Part shown: positions 29,657-40,503 of the stretch, piece after piece | Layout of the letters: the number at the start of each line of letters is the position of its first letter | How positions within the stretch are numbered: the first letter of the stretch is position 1 | From: Epithemia pelagica | Lineage: Eukaryota > Protista > Bacillariophyta | Reading direction: 5' to 3' | DNA: 64,000 nt | NCBI GenBank assembly: GCA_946965045.2 | Contig: OX337236.1 | Span: 1,736,001 to 1,800,000 of the forward strand | The notes under the pieces: model-generated | Told to the model about the DNA's origin: nothing | The model's input: the letters and a program-made list of their open reading frames with translations, nothing else | Database searches by the model: none | Position numbers and translations under genes: made by a program

Positions 29657-31471
29657 TTAGATTGATACTGTAGTTGAGCCATGCCCAGGTTTTAGCATAT
29701 CCTTGATTCGTTCGTACGTGAGACCACAATGTTCCAAATGCGTCGCTAGTTTGTCCAAAGGATCGTCTTGGGACTCTTCTAGTTCCTGTGACGACAACAA
29801 CAAAGGAAATGCCTCCTTCTCTGGAACCAACAATTCGACGCGCGCTTGAGGCGATTGCAAGATTCCATGCAAATAGGTGCCCTTGAGATTTCCCAGAATC
29901 ATGCCTTCCTCCCGTCCATCGTCAAAGACCAACAATGGTCGTGTCTCGGTTTCATTGTCATGGTCGTCGTCCATTCGCTGGCTTTGACCACAGTGCAATT
30001 CAAATCCATTCACGGCAATATTGGATGGCTGCAATTTTCCTTGTTGCGGACTCACCACTTTGCATTCCACGGGGTGAATGACAGTTTGGAGAGGCAACCA
30101 TTCCAGTGCTCGTGTGGCACCGACCAGGCCTTCGGTGGCCGTCGGATCGTGAACCGTTTGTCCCATCATTTGGTATCCCCCACAAATCCCCAACACTACT
30201 ACTCCCGCCGCTACATGATGGTTTTGCAACCACGTGACCCATCCCGAATCGTGCAGCCATTGCAAATCGGTTCGGGTCAAACGAGAGCCCGGTAAAATCA
30301 CAGCCGTGGTTGTCGGATAGGGTTCGGGAAAGGTATGGCGTCGCCATTGGACGGTAAACCGAGTATCGTTTTCCAAGGGACACAAATCATCGGCCATGGC
30401 CGTGTGGGGATACGCCACGACGACAACCACTGGCTTGGCTGGATGTTCTGGTTGGTCGTCCCTCTTCTTGGTGGTGGTGGTGGTGGTGGTGGTGGTGGTG
30501 GTGTCCTTGTTGGGGAATGACAAAGATGTTTCTCCTGCCAATCGTCGTTCAATGCCCAATCCGTCTTCTTCGGGCAGATTTAGTTGGTTCAAAAAGGGTA
30601 CGACAAAGATTGGTTTCCCAACCATTTGTTCCAGTAGAGCCGGACCTGGTTCAAAATACTTGGCTTCTCCTCGAAGTTTGTTCACAATGACACCACAGCA
30701 CAAGGCCCAGTCCTGATCGGACAAGCATGCCTTGGTTCCCACAATTTGAGCAAAGACTCCTCCACAATCAATATTGGCCACCAACAACCACGGACAGTTT
30801 AGGGCACGAACCAGTGGAAGATTGACAATGTCGCGGTCCATTAAATTGAGTTCGGTACAACTACCCGCGCCCTCCAACACAATCACCTCGGCCTGGGTCG
30901 CTTGCGCCAAGGCGGCGTGAGATTCAAGTACCATTTGTCGCAACGACGTGGTGCGATTCCCCAATTGACCATAGGTTTCCCGGACAATTTGCTTTCCCAA
31001 CACCACAACACTGCATAAGAATTCGCCTTGATGGTTGCGACCACCCGATTTGAGCAAGAGGGGATTCATTTCGACACGAGGCACCAATCGACAGGCTTGT
31101 GCCTGCAAGGCTTGAGCCGTTCCAATTTCTCCATACCCTTGGTGGTTCGATTCTGCCGTCTCTAGAATGGTGCTGTTGCTCTGTGTCGCTGTAGGGTCCG
31201 TTCCGGTTGCCTCATGAAAACTCTGATAGAGTCGTTGGCGTCGTTCCATATCGGGCAAAAGAGCCGGGGATGCATTGTTGGACATGTTTTGTGCTTTAAA
31301 GGGTGCAACACGAACTCCATGGTTGGAGAAAATGCGACAAATGCCTGCCGCAATGGTACTCTTGCCAGCGTCAGACATGGTTCCCAACACAGCAATCGAT
31401 GGACAAGAAGAGAGTGGTTCTTGGTCAGGGTCTCGTCGATGCCATTGTGGTGGAGCAGTGGGAGCCTCCAT
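29657..31471 (-). CDS. cobQ: Cobyric acid synthase (CobQ/CbiP), bacterial type, intronless
   Basis: GTMSDAGKS P-loop, PFKAQNMS, EGAGS, LPEED, ILPGS, GICGGYQM (GATase Cys), GFELH and GTYLHG (GATase His). Confidence 0.93.
   Translation of the reverse strand: MEAPTAPPQWHRRDPDQEPLSSCPSIAVLGTMSDAGKSTIAAGICRIFSNHGVRVAPFKAQNMSNNASPALLPDMERRQRLYQSFHEATGTDPTATQSNSTILETAESNHQGYGEIGTAQALQAQACRLVPRVEMNPLLLKSGGRNHQGEFLCSVVVLGKQIVRETYGQLGNRTTSLRQMVLESHAALAQATQAEVIVLEGAGSCTELNLMDRDIVNLPLVRALNCPWLLVANIDCGGVFAQIVGTKACLSDQDWALCCGVIVNKLRGEAKYFEPGPALLEQMVGKPIFVVPFLNQLNLPEEDGLGIERRLAGETSLSFPNKDTTTTTTTTTTTKKRDDQPEHPAKPVVVVVAYPHTAMADDLCPLENDTRFTVQWRRHTFPEPYPTTTAVILPGSRLTRTDLQWLHDSGWVTWLQNHHVAAGVVVLGICGGYQMMGQTVHDPTATEGLVGATRALEWLPLQTVIHPVECKVVSPQQGKLQPSNIAVNGFELHCGQSQRMDDDHDNETETRPLLVFDDGREEGMILGNLKGTYLHGILQSPQARVELLVPEKEAFPLLLSSQELEESQDDPLDKLATHLEHCGLTYERIKDMLKPGHGSTTVSI
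30472..30502 (+). repeat. (GGT)n microsatellite, encoding poly-Thr in the CobQ interdomain linker
   Basis: Direct trinucleotide run, translated as DTTTTTTTTTTTKK on the minus strand. Confidence 0.9.
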
Positions 31472-32062
31472 TGATCAAACGTTGATGTAGGTACAGTGAC
31501 AGCACACTTCCAGTTTTCCTTGTCGCGTCTAGAACAAAAGATACCTTCGGCAAATGATTTTCTTTCCATTATTTCTTGCCTCAAAGACAAAAAAGATGCC
31601 CAGCTATTGCAGAAGATCTGTGACGCATGTTGGAAGTTTGAAGGGTCTCATGTCTCATATGGTTTGGTGATGTTTTGGGGAGGGAGAAGAACGCGCCCCA
31701 CAGCCATTGATTTTTGATTTTTGTTGCGTCGCGTTTGGAAAGCCTTAGAGTCGCGTTTGTGCCTCCGAGAATTCGGGCGGCTGCATTGCTTTTGTCCTTG
31801 GATGAGTTGGAGAAGAATAGAATAGAGATGAAGCATCATCGGAAGTTGCAATAGAACACCTTAGTCATCTGCACAGACAAAAGAAGGAGCCAATCACTGC
31901 GTCTTTGACATCTATAGCGAAGACACGCAGCGTCAAGAGACACGAACGAGGGGGCGATATTGAGAGCACCTCCACTCGAGCTATAGTACATTGTTTTGTT
32001 CGATTGGAGAATACAGAACTACACCACCAGGAAGCAGAAACAGAATTGTCAGTCCACGAACG

Positions 32063-33799
32063 ATGGAGTCGTCCTTACCACAAGCACGTCCCAACTCGAC
32101 AATGATGCCCAATGGGGAACATCAACGCCTTTTGCCGACCATGTCTTTGGCAAGCGCCACAAGCACCAGTAACGACCCCACCGAGGACAATGAGTCGCAG
32201 TCGCAGCCATATCCGTTGGATCTGTCACAGGGAGAACCCATGTCCTTTCATGGTCATGACTTTACCAACGATACCATTGTCGAGACGACCACTACCACAC
32301 GAACCAACACGTCGGCACGAATCTCGGAGGATCCGGACAATATTCCAGAGGATACCGACGAGGAGGAGGAGGAAATCGAGTGTTGTACGGCCAATTGCTG
32401 TTGGACCTGTTCGGTATACTTTTTAACAGCCATTGTATGGTTGTCTGGGATTATCTTTGGCATGTACATTTGGGGTCATTATCTGTTTCGAATCTCGAGT
32501 GAAGCAACTTGGAATTACTTTTTGCCAGACTTGCATTCCACCTGGTTTGGTACAACGAGCATTGGACTGCACTTTTTGGGAGCATCCACTGTCTTGTTTT
32601 TGGGATTTGTTCAATTTTGGACGCGAGGATCCTGGCATCGATGGACGGGCCGTATCTACCTGGTAGCCTCCTTGTTGACGGCCTGTGGTGGATTGTGGTT
32701 CATTGTTTCGGTGGGATGTATTGGAGGCCTTGTCATGAATATTGGCTTTGCCTTGTATGGTGCCTTAACCTTGCTTGCCACGATACAAACCTTTCGACAC
32801 GCCAGGCAACGTCAGTTTTCGCACCATGCCAAATGGGCCTGGCGCTTGTATGCACTCTTGTGGGCCTCCTGGTTGTATCGATTGGAATATGTGCAAGCCT
32901 CCATCATGTTCCCCCACGTGGCACACGATCCTCAGCATTATGGCTATGCCTTGGATTATGTCATGGACTTTTTCTTTTATATACCCAACTTGTTTGTGGT
33001 GGAACTGCTGTGGTATTTCAAACACGGACGGTGCCGTCCCTTCGACAAACAAGAACCAACACTCATGGATACGAACCATGACGACCATACCCCCAATGGT
33101 GGATATTACGCTCCCAGCCGGACGGCGATTCCAGAAGAGGAGGAGGAGGAGGAAAATACCCCTGTCAACTCGTATTCACGCTACAACAGCACAAATTCAC
33201 AGGATGGACAAGGAGAACCCTTGCAGCAACAACAGCAGCAGCAAGTCTCGGAGCCAGAAGAAGGAGTTGTGGGAGGGCGCATGTCGAGACCACACCGTAA
33301 AAGGAAGCGATGGAATAGCAAAGCCACATTGTGCGCCGGAGTGTGCTTGACGCTGGTGGCGGTCCTAGTCCTAGGCTTGTCCATGTTGTATGCTTCCTTT
33401 CTGTGGATCCCAGCCATGTTGGGTCATTTGGAAAAGATTCCTCATCGACGACCCGAGTCCTCCGACGATGAGAACTTGCGCAAAAATGATGTCAGCAATG
33501 TAGCAATGGCACCACCACCACCACAAGCGCAAGAAGACCAGTACACGACGGATGACGATGACCGGCAACTCAACAAGAACAATGTACGAAGAAATCGTAT
33601 CGAAAATCAGGGACAACCGTCCCATGCCCGGGACCAACTCTACAGGGACGACGTTCGGACGGTTCTAATTCCTGCTCACACACGTCCACTCTGGGCCATG
33701 ACAATGCTACCAGATCCATTCGCTTCCAATGGCCTCAAGAAAGAGGACGGGGAAGGGAGTCCCAACGATGAATCAGAACAAGAAGATCCAGCGTGGTGA
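32063..33799 (+). CDS. DUF2306-family multi-pass membrane protein with long low-complexity tails
   Basis: First ATG at 32063. Motifs GLHFLGA, HRWTGRIYL, HHAKWAWRLY. Several TM segments. Confidence 0.75.
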   Translation: MESSLPQARPNSTMMPNGEHQRLLPTMSLASATSTSNDPTEDNESQSQPYPLDLSQGEPMSFHGHDFTNDTIVETTTTTRTNTSARISEDPDNIPEDTDEEEEEIECCTANCCWTCSVYFLTAIVWLSGIIFGMYIWGHYLFRISSEATWNYFLPDLHSTWFGTTSIGLHFLGASTVLFLGFVQFWTRGSWHRWTGRIYLVASLLTACGGLWFIVSVGCIGGLVMNIGFALYGALTLLATIQTFRHARQRQFSHHAKWAWRLYALLWASWLYRLEYVQASIMFPHVAHDPQHYGYALDYVMDFFFYIPNLFVVELLWYFKHGRCRPFDKQEPTLMDTNHDDHTPNGGYYAPSRTAIPEEEEEEENTPVNSYSRYNSTNSQDGQGEPLQQQQQQQVSEPEEGVVGGRMSRPHRKRKRWNSKATLCAGVCLTLVAVLVLGLSMLYASFLWIPAMLGHLEKIPHRRPESSDDENLRKNDVSNVAMAPPPPQAQEDQYTTDDDDRQLNKNNVRRNRIENQGQPSHARDQLYRDDVRTVLIPAHTRPLWAMTMLPDPFASNGLKKEDGEGSPNDESEQEDPAW

Positions 33800-34136
33800 T
33801 GGATACTTCCTCCCATCTTTTCCTGGTTTGCTATTATTTGTAAAGTTATCGTTCCAGAGAACACTGCATTGTGGGGAAAGTTAAGCCAGGTTGGCATAAA
33901 GTATGTACAAAGGCAAGATGAAACTTATGAGGATGAGTCGAAAGTGCCATTCAGAATTTTAGGAGTAAATAGATTGACAATGTCTGATGTAAAACTGAGC
34001 AACAAATTCGATGAAGGTGACCTTTCTTGGACGCGGAAGGGGTCATCGAAGATGTCTTACACCAATTAGCTTGAAGAAGTGTGCGTTCATGACATGCATT
34101 TATCGGTCCTTCTATAGAGAACGTTGACAAGATGTA

Positions 34137-37100
34137 TTAATTTTGCTTGAGCTGTACCTCCGTCGGAGGCGGCACCAAATCGGAATACTTGTCTTGCAAA
34201 TGATAAACCTTCCCCATGGCACCCCAACTCTTCCAATACTTTTGTGCCCTTTCAAACTGCTTTTCGGCCTCTCTTTGGTGAGTCGATTGGAAAATCAAGA
34301 AATACTCACCGAGTCGCTCACTCGCGAGAGCTGCATCATGCCTATACCCGCCACGAGAGGACTGAGCAATGGCAATCTCGTATAGCTCAATGACGTCTCG
34401 AGATACTTTTTTGCCTTTGATGGCCATGGCCTCTGCATCCAAGAGTGATTTGTATTGCTTGACAGTTGGATTGCCCATATCATGCCAACGTTGGATCTTG
34501 GCCCTCAACAACTGGGCTATCTTGAGGTATTTCTTTTTCCCGGTTAGCCGGGCGGCGGCGAAGCACGATACTCCTTTCAAAAACGCATCACGCATGTTGG
34601 ATGATGCTCCGACAATTGTCTTTATGAGATAGTCATGGCCCAGTTCGATTGCCAAGTCTGCGTGCCGGACGTAATCGCCGTACGCGGTAAGAAGAAAGCT
34701 ATAATACGTATGGACTGCACCACGCAAAACGGGCGTGCTGTTCTCGCAATGTTCCAAATCCTCCTTGGTCATGGAATCCCACACCAAACTTGTTGGGTCA
34801 TCCTCGTTATTTCGGCCCATGAGGTTGAGGTACATTTGCCTCATGCATTTGCAGAAGTAAAACGCTTGGTCTCTTTTGAGATCTTTCATTTGTTTGCCGT
34901 ACATCAAGGCCGCTTGTTCCATTGAGTTCAAAGAGCTTCCCATCAAATACTTCAATACAAGCCAATTTTGAACGGCCCATGTGGCACTTTCAGTATCACT
35001 GTGAACAGAATGAGCATAAGAAATCCAACAATGAAGAAAGCCAATCAAGGATGATCCTTACTTACCCTGACTGCAGCCCCACGTGGTACGCTTGAAGCAA
35101 TGGCTTGAGGAGATCCTTTAACGGTTTGGTCCATGGAAAGAGAAAGGAATAGACACAAAACATTGTCCGCGATGCAGTGACGGTCGAAGTTGTCTTCCCC
35201 AAGAGAACCAAGGCTTGTTCACCGTACCTGGAACCTCCTTGAAGATCGTCCAAAATACCCGTTAGCATCATTCCCGTCGTGGCAAAGCTGACACAGGAAT
35301 ATGCACAATGCCCATGCTTGATAGACCAGTTTAGACAGCGAAACACAGACAATGGCATGCGATGATCCCCGACCATGTACAGACATGTGGCCAATTTATC
35401 AAGGAGTTTCATCAGCTCGACCCGGGTCTGGTCCTCCATTTTGTTCAGTTTGGTCGCATCACGAGATTTCATTGTTGCCTTGATATGCAAGACATTGACC
35501 AACATCTCAAATCCAATACCAACCTTACTTGTTGGAAAGCGGCACTTGAATTGTGCCAATATCTTGAGAATCAGCTCAATGGCTTCTTCGTTGAGGCATC
35601 GATTGGAGATGCTGTCAATCCAAGAATTGTACACATCGAATTTGTCTTCGACTGGTTTATCTTGTTGGGCCATGACCTCTTTGCAATATCGTTCCATTAC
35701 TTCAACATTGCCGAGGAATGCATCTGCTTTTGCTCCGCACGAGTAGAGTTGTAGAGTGAGCTCGTAATGTGTGTTCCATGAATTCTCAGGTAAATATCGG
35801 ATTCCATGAGCGGCATATCCCGAAGCGCTCTCGAAGGCGGACATGCTGATTGCCTTGTTGCTTGCTTTTGCGTTGAGGTGAGCTAGTTTGAGTCTTTCCT
35901 CTTTGGTCATTTTCTCTTCCATAGATTCGACATTGAGTAAACTCACTGCGACAAACATGCAAGAATCCAGCTCTTCTGTTTCACCCAGCTCTAATACCAG
36001 TATCTCACCAACACGACGACCAAACGATGTTTGCTCCGAATCAGGGACCATGGCCATCGCAGCCTCTTGCACCTTGTCATGAGCCCAGGTATAGTTTGAT
36101 CCGTCACGGGAAGGCTTAACGAGAAAACCCTCTTTCTGCAATACGCGAAGCCCCGAGACAAGTGAATCATCATACTTCCCTTCTTGAACCTTTGTCGACG
36201 AGATACGTCTCTATACGAGATTTAACGTTTCAAGTTCAAAAGTTGCACCGAGGAAGGCTGCCAACTTCAGAATATCAATCAATTCTTTTCTCTCAAGGCC
36301 GGCGATTTTAGCCTTTAAGATATCCACGACATTGTCGCTGGCGTGCGTAGAAGCTTTTATCTCGTCTTCATCCCACGACCAGGAAAACCCTTTGACACCG
36401 AATTGGAGCATTTTATTGTCGTAGAGCATGGACATGAATTGGAGTAGAAAGAATACGTTTCCAAGGGTCTTATCAAAACACACCTGAGCGAGTCCCTCAG
36501 TTCTCTCTTTACTCTCGCATTGCAATAGGTGATGAACAATGTTGTGGACATCTTGTAGTCCAAGGTTGCCGACTTCCATTTCAGTCAAGGCAAAGTCATG
36601 ATCTTTGCTTTTGGCTCTCAAATCAATAAGGGTTTGATGAAAGACGTGGGTAGGGTCGACTTCGTTTGAACGATAGGTTCCAACAAGAAGGAGTTTTGGG
36701 TTGCTTCGATCGGCCACGACAGCCTCCATGAGCTCCAAGGAACATGGATCTGCCCATTGAAGATCGTCAATCACAATCACTAGGGGATCAAACTCGTTCG
36801 ATATGACACGCATGAACCGAAGGAATGCGAAAAAGAATCTGTTTTTTGAGTCCAGGGAAGACGACGAAGTTTTCTTAGCGACAGTGTTTTCTTGTGACTC
36901 TTGTCGAACCAGTTCATGTTCGTGGAAAACCTTGTTTAAAACTGGAATCACTTGAATCAAAAGATCTATTTCCGCTCCCACTTCCTCTTTGAGGTGCTGA
37001 CCTATCATGGTAGCATGAATGCGGTTATGAGTTTGCAGTTCGAGTATCACGTTGCATATTTCCGCACAAGCATTGGCCAAGCCTGAATAGGGCTCGCTGC

Positions 37101-37446
37101 GACAGGCAATGTCAAATTTTCCTCGGACAAAGAGTCCATTGCAATTGCCTGTCGGTTTCTTGAGCGTGTTAGCCAATTTACTCTTGCCGGAACCACTGGT
37201 TCCTGATATGAGAAGGAGTTGTCGTTCAATATTTCCAGTGAGCAGCTGATCAAAGCAGCCATTTAAGACAGATATTTCATGGTCACGACCGTACATGCCC
37301 AAGGAATAAAAGCTGAGTTTGTCGTTGCTGTTCTTGGGTGGCTTGGTACATGTCTTGCATGTTTGCGATCGCGGCAAAGTCTCGGGCGAGGAAGTAGAAA
37401 GATCGTCGACTGTGGACGAGAGTTGACTTGCTTGACGCTCCATCAT
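34137..37446 (-). pseudogene. STAND (AAA_16-type) ATPase + TPR-like helical protein with an in-frame TAG at 36211-36213; one clear intron 34999-35065
   Basis: MYGRDHE, Walker A GTSGSGKS, GKFD, Walker B VIDDLQWAD, TYRSNEV, GNVFF, AHDKVQEAA. The ORFs on either side of the stop are in the same frame. Splicing GG|gtaag...cag|TGAT gives QSGDTESATW. Confidence 0.7.
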
Positions 37447-38500
37447 TTTGGTAGTCCCTTTCGTGTGTCACATTCGTGGGCCACAAGAAAAAATGAGAGA
37501 TGCTGTTTTTGTGAGCACAACTGCTTTTTGTGACGTCTATTCAAGGATCAAATCTGATCAGCCCAACCATTCACAGAAAAGGCATGGGCTTAAATCAATT
37601 TTACAAGCTCTCTGGGTATATATCAAACGCCCCACCAACATCCAATCCTTCTCCCTAATTGTCCACAATGACCAGCTAGTCTTATTATTTATTGCAGGGC
37701 ATATTGAATGATTGTTCTCTGGGTCTAATGGTGTATTTCATGCAAGATGTCTTTGGTCTCTCGTCTTGGGCCATCAACAATGTTGTATGAAGCATCCACA
37801 ATCCGCGTCAAGTGTATGAGGGAACGACAATACTCGTAGGTAGTCAATTGGCATTCAGTTTACCGCTAGTCTTGGAATATACTGTGAGTTTGTGTAGGTA
37901 GAGGACCAGCATGGGCTATGGGAGTAGGACGACCAACACTGCATGGTATTTTAGCTTCTTGGACCAACCCAGCAATCTTGAGCGAGATCTTCTTGAATCA
38001 ATCCGACGATGTATGAAGTCTCACCTTTACATCTCTTGAAGATGTTTCGGTGGCTTGTTGGTTTTGGTCAAGGTTGTTATTATCGTCGACCCAAATCCAC
38101 CCAGTTTCCTGTAATGCTGGACGTAAACGCACATGAAAAGGAGATAGAGACTTAATCGCTCCAATCATGTCTTTCAGAGTTTTGGGGAGAATGTCTCTTC
38201 CATTGTACTTCTTCTAGAGAGAAACGGTTCATCGTGATCAATTGTCTGAGTTTTGATTTTTGATGCATAGAAGAGGTCGTAGCTCTAAGTCGTTGTGCGC
38301 GCCGTGGCCCTGCCCTGCGTGCACGCAGGGTAGGTTTGCGAAAGATTTGTTGGCTCGTGCTTCGCTGACAACCGCATCACACTGTTTTCTTCCGGCGAGA
38401 CGCACGGAGGGACTGCGACCATTCGCGCTTTGGGGGTTGGGTTTTCCCTCCAACAACAAAGAAGATCAGTAGCGCTATTCGTTACTCCTATTATATTACC

Positions 38501-40141
38501 ATGACGGAATTTGCGGGCTGGAACCAAACATTGGGTGACGACGTCAATAGTCGCTATGGTGCATCCAGGCAACGTCGTCGCCGAAGGTCTCCTATGCAGC
38601 AGCAACAGCCATCGAACATTGAGGACGACGATGACAACAGTTCGGTGGATTCCTCGTTGGAACCGTCGAATGATGAGGACGATCGACTGGCTCAAGAATA
38701 TCTTTGGAAAGAATACTTATCGATGGTCCCGGTTGGTCCTCGCGAATTATGCTTTCATCCCTCACTGGTTGTCGACGAACAGTGTTTGGACCGCTTCATT
38801 GCCTGGATCTCCCATCTTCCAGAAGGACAGCGACCTCAACGATTGCTTCTTTTTTCTCGACATATATCGGATTCACTAGGAACCGCCTACCGTATGGATC
38901 AACTAATTGAACTCTGTACACAAGACATCACAATGTTGTTTATTGCCAATATGGAAGGAACACACTCGCCCCGTGCTCCGTACGCGAAGCTCGTGTACAG
39001 TGAAATTCTTGCGAGTACCAGTTATCTCAAAGAACTTCGTTGCTTAAGACTCCAAAACACAAAGCTATCAAGACCTTCATCGCTGCGGAGTAAACTTGCG
39101 CAATGCCTATCATCCAAACACTGCAAGCTGGAAACTCTCAGTATGGTCAATTGCAACCTCGAACGAATGGATTCGCTCGCTCCGGCGTTGGAGCGATATA
39201 GTGGGTTACAGGACCTATGCCTTCGCAACTGTGGCCTCGATCGACAGGAACTTCACCGTTTGATCACAGCTGTGGAAAAATCTCCCAGTCGTCTCGTCAA
39301 ATTATGCTTGCAGCTATGCGATCTCGAAAACAAGGACCTGCCGATGCTCTCGTCCATGATCACTGCCCAGTCCAAGTTGGAGGATCTGGATTTGGCGCAA
39401 AATCACTTGTTTGCAAATTGGTCTACTGAAGATGACGACTATTATGTCTGTAACGATGATACTGGATTCCTTCAGGTTGCCTTTTCGGTGCATCCGTGTT
39501 TGAAAACGGTTCGGCTGGCCTTCTCTCCCCTGGACACGGTGGCCTTTCGGTCGATCTTGACGTCCGTGGCGGAAAGTAAAACCATTAAGACATTGGATTT
39601 GTGCAGAAGCTGCGACAATGTCCATTTCGACGACGATTGGATCGATTTGATCCCGCACATTCGAAGCTTGAAGAGTTTGTATGGACTCGAGGATTTGACC
39701 TGCAAACGAAAATGGGCTTCGTTGGTGGCACCGGCATTGCACTACAATATGAGTCTCCAAAGCTTAATAGACCCCAATGTAGGAGATGGCGAAGATTTAA
39801 TCTTGTTTGACAAGATCACCACCGGAACTCTGTTGCGGAACAAGCTTTTGAGCCGACTCGGTGAATTTCCGAGCAATGGCGATCCTCCTCTTGGTCTTTG
39901 GCCGATGGTATTGGAGAAATTTGCTGCTCACGATGTCGAGCAGTCGGCCCTGTTTGCATTCTTACAAACAAAGTCCTCGGCATTGGATGGTGGTGGGAGA
40001 TGGACGAGATCCCGAAAGCGAACGGCGATTGGATTGGAAGAAGAGAATCGGATCCTTCACTCCAAAATCAAACAATTGGAACGCGAGAATATTGCACTCC
40101 GATTGGAAAAATCCCTTCGTCTGAATGAGAGTCTTGACTGA
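38501..40141 (+). CDS. RNI-like leucine-rich repeat protein with a C-terminal coiled coil
   Basis: Repeats LRCLRLQN, LETLSMVNCNL, LQDLCLRNCGL, LVKLCLQLCDL, LEDLDLAQN, LKTVRL, IKTLDL. Ends LWPMVLE...ALFAFL...KIKQLERENIAL. Confidence 0.8.
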   Translation: MTEFAGWNQTLGDDVNSRYGASRQRRRRRSPMQQQQPSNIEDDDDNSSVDSSLEPSNDEDDRLAQEYLWKEYLSMVPVGPRELCFHPSLVVDEQCLDRFIAWISHLPEGQRPQRLLLFSRHISDSLGTAYRMDQLIELCTQDITMLFIANMEGTHSPRAPYAKLVYSEILASTSYLKELRCLRLQNTKLSRPSSLRSKLAQCLSSKHCKLETLSMVNCNLERMDSLAPALERYSGLQDLCLRNCGLDRQELHRLITAVEKSPSRLVKLCLQLCDLENKDLPMLSSMITAQSKLEDLDLAQNHLFANWSTEDDDYYVCNDDTGFLQVAFSVHPCLKTVRLAFSPLDTVAFRSILTSVAESKTIKTLDLCRSCDNVHFDDDWIDLIPHIRSLKSLYGLEDLTCKRKWASLVAPALHYNMSLQSLIDPNVGDGEDLILFDKITTGTLLRNKLLSRLGEFPSNGDPPLGLWPMVLEKFAAHDVEQSALFAFLQTKSSALDGGGRWTRSRKRTAIGLEEENRILHSKIKQLERENIALRLEKSLRLNESLD

Positions 40142-40285
40142 ACAGCATTTTCGTGTGGCTAGTAGAGAAAGTGTGAAATGTTTCGTCGGCCATTGCTACT
40201 ACAATTTATCTGAATGAGAGTCATACAGGAACAACAGTTTCTTGTCAAGCGAGTTGTAGCTTGAGAAAGTGTGAAATATTCTCTA
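40120..40285 (+). repeat. Degenerate tandem duplication (about 90-98 bp period) spanning the LRR stop codon
   Basis: TCTGAATGAGAGTC at 40120 and 40209. GAGAAAGTGTGAAAT at 40165 and 40263. Confidence 0.75.
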
Positions 40286-40503
40286 GCTTAACTCAGTCAT
40301 TGCAACAACGCTAGATATACAGCAGTTTGAAACTAGACGGCTTGGATGTTGGCGCATAACCGTGTTGAGAGTCGTCCATGCTCGGATTCGCTTGTTTGGG
40401 TATCCGTAATGACAGTGGTAGAAAAAAGGTTGTTTGTGGAGCCTTGCGCGCATTCCAAAAAGAGGAGCGTGTACGGATATTCAGTTCAAACTGCAGGAGT
40501 AGT

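Noticed and set aside
31144-31153. GGTTCGATTC tRNA T-loop-like motif
   Set aside because: Lies inside the cobQ coding sequence and no cloverleaf can be built.
29657-33799. Cobalamin gene cluster around cobQ
   Set aside because: The neighbours (DUF3605, DUF2306) are not recognisable cob/cbi genes.
37500-38230. Degenerate retroelement or gene remnant between the STAND and LRR genes
   Set aside because: All frames are broken and there are no RT, integrase or transposase motifs.
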